This document shows positions 54,804 to 64,000 of a stretch of 64,000 bases of DNA, one piece after another. Source of the DNA: Lytechinus pictus (taxonomy: Eukaryota). Under the pieces are notes generated by a model that saw only the letters and a list, made by a program, of their open reading frames with translations, was not told where the DNA came from and ran no database searches. The DNA lies in the NCBI RefSeq assembly GCF_037042905.1, contig NC_087250.1:14076001-14140000 (forward strand), in the 5' to 3' direction. The position numbers and the translations under genes were made by a program. Numbering within the stretch: the first letter of the stretch is position 1; every line of letters starts with the position of its first letter.

Positions 54804-55944
54804 GCGTAATTTGTACTTTTCCGTGAACAAAAGTAAAGGATGGGAGGAGGGTTCAAAGTCCTTGAAAGGGGCTAGTCTACGTTTTCAGTCGGTTCTAAAA
54901 TGTCAAATTGCCTTGCCAAAATGCATATTCTTCAGTAAACTATACATGTATTTAAAATAAGGAATAGTTGGATTAAACTAACAATATGACTGGAAAATGT
55001 CCATAATTGAATTTGAACCACGATGGGTACTTTTATTAATCATATCGTGCTATCATTAATTTCTTGCCAATAAGGTAGGCCTCCAATTTAAGACTAGCAA
55101 ACAAACTTCTTTATTATCATGTACTCGTCCAAAAGAATGATGAAAGCTTGAACGTAATTTTCTCAATATGGAAGAGATAAACAATTCTGAAATGAGGTGT
55201 ATACAAGGATATCAAATTAAAACAAATATATAGCATGTGAATTGAAAACAGATTTAAAGAAATAGGATCAAAAGTGGCAAAATATCTCATGCTATTTACA
55301 TGTATATTATTCAATTTGATTTATTCAATCTAACTAAATTTGGTATCCTGTTCCAAACTCTATTAAAACGAAGTACAACTTGTGGAATAGAACAGAAATA
55401 AAGAAAAATAATAGGGGGATAAGCATGGATGAAAAGATGGAATGGAGGAGAGACCACTCAGACCAGCATGGCGAATGGTCTCATTGAGTTCTGAATCAAG
55501 GAAAATCAGATGAACTGATGCCGAAAGGAGGGACATATGGAGTTGGAAATTGGTACAAAATATTTTTTCCGGGGGGGGGGGGCGTGTAATCATCTACCAA
55601 TTAGTTGACCAAACTGCTCACACACAAATTGCAGCGCAAACATGTGGTGTCACTCAATTGTCAGAAGGATTTTAAAAAAGTTTTACGACCCTCGTAACTC
55701 ACTTGCCACATCGAGCCTGTAAATAAAATGTAACCTACGATACTCATGGGGGACAAGCTGTCCTTATCTGACCTATAGTCAAAACACTGAGGCTAATCAT
55801 TTGTACGAGAGCCAAACAAATCAGAGAAGAAAGGGAGATCATAACGAAATGTATATAAAACCAATTCTAAGCCATTATTACACGAAAACAATTCTAAAAC
55901 ATTCTAAATCGATCATTATTCTGAGATGTTTGTGACTTCTGTTC

Positions 55945-57500
55945 GAGAACGGGATTTCATAACGAAATGTATACAAAATATATTTTTACTTGTTAGCACC
56001 TCGGAACAATTATAAAACGTTCCTGGTTGTCCGTTTAGTAATCTGAGATATTTACGACTTCTATTCTGTTTATTTTCCTTTCCACCATTGTCTAAATAAT
56101 ATTATGTCATTTATATTTGTTTTTGGAGAACGGGATTTCATAACGAAGGTATATAAAATATATTTTTACTTGTTAGCACCTCAAATAAATGTTAAAACGT
56201 TCCTGATTGTCCGTTTAGTAATCTGAGATATTCAGGACTTCTTATTTCTATTCTGTTTTATTTTTCTTTCCGCCGTTCCTTTTAGAGGTCGGGAGTTCAT
56301 AACGGAAGGTATATAAAATATATTGTTACTTGTTAGCACCTCAAATCAATTTCAAAACGTTCCTGATTATCTGTTATAAAATCTGAGATATTTAGGACTT
56401 CTTATTTCTATTCTGTTTTATTTTCCTTTCCGCTGTTCCTTTTGGAGGACGGGAGTTCATAACGAAAGGTATATAAAATATATTGTTACTTGTTAGCACC
56501 TCAGAACAATGTTAAAACGTTCCTGATTATCCGTTATAAAATCTGAGATATTTAGGACTTCTTATTTCTATTCTGTTTTATTTTCCTTTCCGCCGTTCCT
56601 TTTAGAGGACGGGAGTTCATAACGGAAGGTATGTAAAATAAACTGTTACTTGTTAGCACCTCAAATCAATTTCAAAACGTTCCTGATTATCCGTTATAAA
56701 ATCTGAGATATTTAGGACTTCTTATTTCTATTCTGTTTTATTTTCCTTTCCGCTGTTCCTTTTGGAGGACGGGAGTTCATAACGAAAGGTCTATAAAATA
56801 TATTGTTACTTGTTAGCACCTCAGAACAATGTTAAAACGTTCCTGATTATCCGTTATAAAATCTGAGATATTTAGGACTTCTTATTTCTATTCTGTTTTA
56901 TTTTCCTTTCCGCCGTTCCTTTTAGAGGACGGGAGTTCATAACGGAAGGTATGTAAAATAAACTGTTACTTGTTAGCACCTCAAATCAATTTCAAAACGT
57001 TCCTGATTATCCGTTATAAAATCTGAGATATTTAGGACTTCTTATTTCTATTTTGTTTTATTTTCCTTACCGCCGTTCCTTTTGGAGGACGGGAGTTCAT
57101 AACGGAAGGTATTTAAAATATATTTTTGCTTGTAAGTACCTCAGAACAATTTTAAAACGTTCCTGGTTGTCCGTTTAGTAATCTGAGATATTAAGGACTT
57201 CTTATTCTTATTCTGTTTTATTTTCCTTTCCGCCGTTCCTTTTGGAGGACGGGAGTTCATAACGGAAGGTATATAAAATATATTTTTACTTGTTAGCAAC
57301 TCAGAACAATGTTAAAACGTTCCTGGTTGTCCGTTTAGTAATCTGAGATATTTAGGACTTCTAATTTTTATTCTGTTTTATTTTCCTTTCCTCCGTTCTT
57401 TTTGGAGGACGGGAGTTTATATCGGAAGGTATATACAGTATTTTTTTCATTTATTAGCACCTCAAATCAATTTTGAAATAATCCCGATCGTCCGTTTAAG
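55945..57500. repeat. 160-bp tandem repeat, about 9.5 units
   Basis: GGGA(G/T)TT(C/T)AT at 56131, 56291, 56451, 56611, 56771, 56931, 57091, 57251 and 57411. Confidence 0.95.
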
Positions 57501-57646
57501 CAGCGCGCATGTGCGCGCGTGCATCGTGAGCGCACATAATGCGCGCGCGCGTAACGCAGCGGCGCGGCGCTAAATTTGGGTGTTGGAAAATATTATCAAT
57601 TCTGAAAAATGCGCCACGCGTAATTCCTTACTTTGCGAGAGCCCTG

Positions 57647-58967
57647 GTAGTAAGTATATTTTTGTATGTGACATTTTTTTTCTTACTAACAGATTTTTTC
57701 AAATACTTATGATATAATTTCTGTTTGACGTTAATTGATTTAAGTATACCAGGTGTGACCCATGGTCTTTTACCCTTCAATTTATAGTTGTGCCTCTGAA
57801 CAACAGGGAAACAATCATTATACAACTTGGATAATAAATTTATAAATAAATCATACGATTTGTTTGCATCAGTATTGCTATTAACAGGAGTCCAATCAAC
57901 ATTCAATAGTTTGTGTTTAAATTCTAAGAGTCGCTCATGTGTAATAAGCCGACCACTGGTTGTGATGTTGCCATTAACGCATTCAATAATCTGGCTATTG
58001 CTCACACACCATACAGGAAGGTGGTCTGATATATCTGAATAAATCAGTCCACTTTGAATGCCATTTTGTAAGGAGTTGGTAAAAATATTGTCAATAAGCG
58101 TAGCTGTATTAGGGGTGATACGAGATGGTTTGGCAATTAAAGAAAACATGCAGTGAGAATACATTGAGTTCAATAAATCATTTGTTTTGGTTTCAAAAGA
58201 ATAATTTAAAAGATTTATATTGAAATCCCCAAGAAGGTAAATTTCTTTATTTTCATTACACAGTTTTTGCAAATAATCATCATTTGTCTCAGTAAATTCT
58301 GCAATATCTGAGTTTGGGGGCCTATAGACACAGCCTACAAAAAAATGTTTTCTCTTTATCTTGTGGTAATTCAATGAACACCGCTTCATAAGAAGAAGTG
58401 CTTTCACAAAATTCTGTACGTACTGTAAACTCAGAGGAATTATTGACATAAATGGCAACCCCACCACCCCACCACCATATTTACAAGATATATTGATGTT
58501 GACAAGACAATAATTATCCAATGAGAACATGTCAACAACAGTACTTTCCCTGAACCAAGTTTCAGATATTCCTATTACCGTTAATGCATGGTTTAAATTT
58601 GTTAATAACAACTGCAACTCGTCAAAATTTCTCGTAAGACTTCGAGCGTTTAAATTCGAAATTGAAAATTTATTATTAGAATCCTGGTATATAAAAAAAT
58701 TAATATAAATATCATTAGAAATAGTAAGATCATTATACATTTCAAAAGGGTTAATTTTCAGAGATTGTAATTTTATATATCAATATCTATATTTTCATCT
58801 AGTTCAAAATAACTAAATAAGTTCCAGAGAAATTCGTTGTCTGATATACACTTGTTAAATGGGAATAACTCAGCATTACAACTGAGTACAAAAAGTAACA
58901 GATTTATGAATACCGGCATAAGAATTACACTGATTTTTTTTTTACATAGTTTGCAACAATAGAGCAT
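57647..58967 (-). pseudogene. LINE ORF2 5' part: AP endonuclease domain (frameshifted)
   Basis: Motifs LNARSL, IGISETW, VYRPPN, LLGDFNINLL, TLIDNIFTN, SDHLPV and PWVTPGILKSI. Confidence 0.93.
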
Positions 58968-59419
58968 ATCTTAATGTAAAATAGAAGAGACAAGAAATAG
59001 GAGCAGAATCAAAACCACATTCACACATACAATCACACACAAAGTATCACTTACATGTAACTGTAAGTTACAGTCTGCTAAGAACCTTGTAAAATGTTCT
59101 AGTTAGGAAATCTACACTAGGGCCGGAAAAAAATCAATAAATGTACATAAGTTGGGAAAAACCAACCACACACACATATATGACATGTACACACACCAAT
59201 TATTATATTGAGTAGGTTTATAGAAAAAAGAGAAAACAAAAAGAGGTAAGGTCTATAAAAAGATAATAATAAAATAAGGGCATAGTAAACTGCTACACAC
59301 AAGGTGCCTTGATGCTAAATGGAATCAACGAATCCACGTTTTATGCAGCACAGTTCTACTATATACAGGTAAAGGTAAGCATCAGGAGTATTGTCTAAAG
59401 AAATTGTTCAATTAAATAT

Positions 59420-60247
59420 TTACAAAAGCCTCAGGTCTTCTGGGCTCTTGATAAGATGCTTCTTTCCAGTAGATTTGAGTGAACCAAAAATGCGTCCGTC
59501 CATAGACCATGCTGCGCTGATCTTCTCATTCTTTTGGGCGCTTTGGAGAAGGTTGAAGTTCAGAGAAGTCAAGTCTTCATGTATTGAAATCCCGCTACTT
59601 TTCCGTTTACGTCGATTAACAAAGAGCTGCTGACGACTTCTATAGGAGCATAATTTAACGATTATACTACATTTCTTGATACTCTTTCTCTTCTTTTGAT
59701 TCGTTCCGACAGTTGCTGACGCGGAGGTTGGTCTACTCACAGATGGTTGTCTGTTTTTGATCCAATGACTGCGATCAATATCGTTGACATCAGGATTCAC
59801 TCAAATACGATGGGCCACATTCAACACAATTTGGTCAGTGTTTTCCCCTTTCAGTTCCTCTTCCACGCCAACTATCCTCAGGCACGACCTTCGTGAGTAT
59901 TGCTCAAGATCATTCATTTCTTTTTTTAGTCTCCCAACTTCATTACTCTTCATTTTCACTTTTTCTTCAAGAGATGCTATGTGACTCACACGAGAGTCTT
60001 TTGCATTGAGAAGGTTCATGTTTGTGGATTCTAATTGCTCACACCGTTCTATGATACTCTGGTTATTTTTTAGAATTTGCGATTGAAGTCCAGCTATCGA
60101 TTTGCCTGTCTTCTTTGACTCGGATTCAAGGGCAGCAATACGATTATCTTGTTTATTTATTCTTGCTAATATTTCATCGAGTTTTCTTTCAACAGCATCA
60201 CTTATTGCTTTGAGAAAGTCATCACTTTCAACAATATCTTTCAACAT
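59420..60247 (-). pseudogene. LINE ORF1 (coiled coil + RRM-like + CTD) with one in-frame stop
   Basis: Motifs NDLEQYSRRSCLRIVGVEE..GENTD, DIDRSH, IIVKL, ISIHEDLT and AWSMDGRIF. Two ORFs in the same frame are separated by a stop at 59803-59801. Confidence 0.88.
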
Positions 60248-60871
60248 AGTGGAAACATATGGCCTTGATATTATGAAGATACGATAATAATATGATGAGA
60301 CTGATAGTAGATCCTGTCAATGACAGCAGATAATCGATTCAAATCAAAGTCAAATATTGAGGGCAATGCAAAGTCTATGGCTATGTACCGACACAAAATA
60401 AAGTTACTGGGACTGAAAAAAAATATTACCATGTCAGTTCAGTATCCATAGATTCATTCCAGAATAAATCACAGCATATTTTTGAAACATACATCGTGTG
60501 TAGCAAATGGGTAAGTTCACTCTCAGATTACATACCTCGATTCAACGAATGATGTAAATAAAAGATGAAATCTATGTCAAGATAGCTGATATGCTCACTC
60601 GATCTAGCGCCCTCTTTCTTTCCTTTTTTTTGCTCCGCCAATAGGTGGGGGCTGTGCCCCTCGGCCCCCCCCCCTTAGATCCGCCTATGAACCAGAACAT
60701 TGACATGCTTCATGACAGTATTAATGTCTTAACTTTCGTAGATATAGGGAAAATACCCCAACATGTATTCACCGATATTGCGATGAAATGACACAAAAAA
60801 GCAATCTCCGTCACCTAGTCACACTAGTGATACCGACCACAATGCACTCGCTGGCATGCCTTACAAAAGAG

Positions 60872-63800
60872 TATAATAGTCTCAATCGGTCTTGCCTTGC
60901 CTTTGTTGCTGAGACTAGCACGCATAAATGCATGTGATGAGCATCGCGATAAAAAGGTGTATATTACATATATGAGTATAAGGGCAAAAGGCGTTTTTTT
61001 TTACATAATAAAGCAACTTTTATGTTAATGAAACCTCTTGGAAAAGTTAGAAGAGACATTGCTTTGCATGTCGCGAAACATTACGTTCGGGCACCTTAAT
61101 CCTGCAAGAGCCTGTCAAAGGTACCCCATCCTTTTTTTTTTTGGAGCCCTCAATGTGGCAAAATGATGCTTCGGTTAGGTAAAAAAACCATTTATTTTCT
61201 TAAAATCACTTGGAGACAAAAGAGTAGGCTTTTCTCTATCAGCTACATATAAAAAGGTGAGGGCACAGCAAATCATACCTTCTTAGGGGGCTGCCCAAGT
61301 CACCAAGCCCCTTTTTCGTACACTGCCCATTTCGTTGAAAATTCGCCATTTTGGAGCAAAATTAAAGAAAAAATTGTTTCTACTATGTAATGAAGCCAAT
61401 TTTATTGTTTTAAACCACTTGGAGACAAATGAGTAGACTTTATTCTATCTGCTACATGTAAAGAAGCGCCGGAACATCGAAGCCATCCCCGTCAGTGGGT
61501 TGCCGAAGTTACCCTCCCCTTTTTTTTGTTTTGCAAATTTATGGAAAAATCTGCAAATTTGGAGCCCCCACTGAGGCAAAAGGGTGTTTCTGCTAAAAAG
61601 CAATCAATTTTCATTGTCTTAAAACCACGTGGAGACAAAAGTTTTGCCTTTTCTCTATCAGTTACATAATAACGAAGTACTGATACAGCATAGCCTACCC
61701 CCTCAAGGGGCTGCCCAAATCACCTACCCCTTATTTTACCTTTTTATTAGAAAATCTGCGAATTTGGAGCCCACATTGACGCAGAAAGATGTATTCTCCT
61801 ACATGTATATAGAAAACCACTTCCATTGTCTTAAAACCACTTTGATACAAAAAAGTAGTATCTGCTACATATAACGAAGTGCTGGCACATCGAAGCCTAC
61901 CCCCTCAGGGGATGGCTAAAGTCACCCAACCCCTTTTTCGTATATTGCCTATTTCTAAGAAAATTCGCCATTTTGGAGCCCCATTGAGACAAACGGCGCA
62001 TCTGCTTTGCAAAAAGTAACTTTTGTTTTGTAACACCTGGGAGGCGAAAAGGTAGGTTTCTCTATCAGCTTCATTTGATGACGTGCTCGCACGCAGAAGT
62101 CTAACCCCGTCAGAGGCTGCCGAATTCCCCCACCCCCACCCGTTTGCCTATTTTCCCACTTTATTGAATAATTCGCAGTTTTTGACCCCCCTCGTTCAGG
62201 CAAAAGAGCATTCCTGCTATACAGTGCGTCCCAGAAAAAATGAAACCGAGATTAAGCGACGATTTATCATAGCTTAATCACAAATACAATAGACAAATGA
62301 CCTACCAATGTAAAGCTTAGAATCTCCTTTTTCATCTGATATTATTTAGATCATTCCTCATTCACGCATGAGTGAGCAAAAACAATTTGAAGAGGGGATA
62401 CCAAAAACTCATTTGGCGGGCTGTATCTGGGTTACAAAAAGAAAACCACATTTCTTACAAGTTCAATATCTGCTCTTTAATTTGATACCTTAATCACAAA
62501 AAATGTCAAGAAGTAAAAAGTTATGTTCCCTCGAAACAATGCTTTTATTTCCATAATTTCATTAAATAAACGTGTTTTCACCGGTTTCCCACAGAAGCTA
62601 TCGCATGGTTAACAAAAGACTTAATGCATGGCTGATCGTCAACAAAACGGAGTGTCGAGTGAGTTTGAACGCTAGCCTGTAAAACCTCTTCATTTCATGA
62701 AATTATTGAAATTCAAGCCTTATTTAATTACCAGAACTTTGTTATTTCTTGACCATTTTCTGTAATTGTGGTATCAAATTAAAAAAGCAGATATAGAACT
62801 TTTTAGAAATGTGGTTTTCTTTTTTAAACCCAGATACAGCCTGCCAAATGACTTTTTGGTATCCCCTCTTCAAATTATTTTAAATAGGTAAAATACGGAA
62901 AAAGGGGTTGGTGATTTCTTGAGCCCCTGACGGGGGTAGGCTCCGGTGTGCGAGCACGTCTTCAAATAAAGCTGATATAGAAATATCTACCTTTTTGTTT
63001 CCCATGAGTTACAAAACAATAAAAGTGACTTTTGTGCAAAGCAGAAACGCCGTTTGTCTCAATTGGGGCTCCAAAAGTGCGAATTTTCCTGGAAATGGGC
63101 AAGATGCAAAATAGGGGTTGGGTAACCTCAGCCGCCCCCTGAGGAGTAGGCTTCGATGTGCCAACAATTTGTTACATGAAGCAGATAGAGAAAATACTAC
63201 TTTTTCGTATCCAAGTGGTTTTTAGACAATGAAAGTGGATTGCTATTCAGCAGAAACATCCTTTTGCCTCAGTGGGGGCTCCAAATTTGCAGATTTTTCC
63301 ATAAATTTGCAAAATACGGAAAAAAGGGGAAGGTGTCTTCAGAGACCCATTGACGGGGGTGGCTTCAATGTGCCAGCGATTCTTTATATGTAGCAGATAT
63401 AATAAAATCTACTCCTTCGTCTCCAAGTGATTTAAAACAATAAAAGTGGCTTCACTGCATAGTAGAAACACTTTTTCCTCAATGTGGCTCCAAATTGCGA
63501 ATTTTCCACAAAATGGGCAAAATACAAAAAGGGGCTCGGTGACTTGGGGCAGCCCCCTGAGAGGGTAGGCTTTGATATGCACTCACTTCTTTATTTGTAG
63601 CTGATATAGAAAAGCATATTCTTTTGTATCCAAGTAATTTCAAGAAAATAAAAGTTGTTTTTTACCTTACCGAAACATAATTTTGCCACTTTGAGGGCTC
63701 CAAGATGCGAGATATTTTAATAGTCAAGCTACGGATAAGGGAGGGGTACCTTCGACATGTTCTTGCGGGAATATGCTTTAAGGTGCCCGAATGTAATTGC

Positions 63801-64000
63801 TTGCGACATGTAGAGCAATGCCTCCTCTAACTTTTCCAAGAGGTTTCATAAACATAACAATTGCTTTATTATGTAGAAAACTCCTTTTGCCCTCATACCC
63901 ATTATGTAATATACACTTTTCTATCGCTACGCTCATTACATGCATTCATGCGTGCTAGTCACACCAACCAAGGCGAGGCTAGACCGATTGAGTCTATTGT
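60872..64000. mobile_element. Large foldback element (arms over 1.2 kb, ~207-bp internal repeats); right end beyond the window
   Basis: aatagtctcaatcggtcttgccttgcc...gactagcacgcat at about 60875 is inverted at 63945-63998. TTGGAGC recurs at about 61141, 61351, 61559, 61766 and 61972 and is mirrored in the right arm. Confidence 0.85.
62222..62880. mobile_element. Tc1-type MITE, same family as 13632-19658, right end truncated
   Basis: TA|CAGTGCGTCCCAGAAAAAATGAAACCGAGATT, colinear with 13632-13995 joined to 19205-19500. Confidence 0.88.

Larger units (their letters stand above)
50932..57646. mobile_element. 6.7-kb non-autonomous hAT-like element inserted in LINE ORF2
   Basis: 8-bp TSD GTAGTAAG (50924-50931 and 57647-57654), imperfect TIRs CAAGGCCCTCGC / GCGAGAGCCCTG, and subterminal GCGCCACGC repeats. 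Removing it restores YKNILTTIIRSSKKRYF. Confidence 0.9.
48725..60612 (-). mobile_element. Near full-length degenerate CR1/L2-group LINE (about 5.2 kb without the insert)
   Basis: 5' UTR, ORF1, spacer, APE endonuclease, RT, 3' UTR and a (TTGAA)n tail at 48725-48750, all on the minus strand. Confidence 0.92.
44316..60689 (+). mobile_element. GCGCGAAGC-family element expanded to 16.4 kb by nested insertions
   Basis: Starts CAGGGGCGGATCCAG. Body at 44316-44686 and 47080-48724. Terminal segment (tgctccgccaatagg...gatccgcctatg) at about 60613-60689, after the LINE. Confidence 0.75.

Noticed and set aside
44308..60697. Target-site duplication around the 16.4-kb outer element and around the LINE
   Set aside because: The flanks (ATTAACGA versus AACCAGAA) do not match, and the LINE sits in a low-complexity pyrimidine tract, so no TSD is claimed.

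Overview
AT-rich animal genomic DNA, not prokaryotic: it has GT-AG exons, a tRNA-derived SINE, a CR1/L2-type LINE and many non-autonomous DNA transposons. The repeat families look like those of marine invertebrates, possibly a sea urchin (inference). The only recognisable host-gene sequence is two minus-strand coding exons of a SAMHD1-like dNTPase (20754-20659 and 19810-19706). Most of the remainder is nested mobile DNA. (1) A four-level nest at 44.3-60.7 kb: GCGCGAAGC-motif element > near full-length LINE > 6.7-kb element with an 8-bp TSD > 2.1-kb foldback with an 8-bp TSD. (2) A Tc1-like MITE swollen by a 5.2-kb insert that carries an Academ-like TAG end and a RecQ-like helicase N-terminus. 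(3) Helentron/HINE-like elements, some head-to-tail and one carrying a 157-bp satellite. (4) A FLYWCH exon resembling a MULE protein. (5) Several large inverted repeats. I found no clear new multi-gene system; the most interesting signals are transposon architecture. All calls were made by eye, without database searches.
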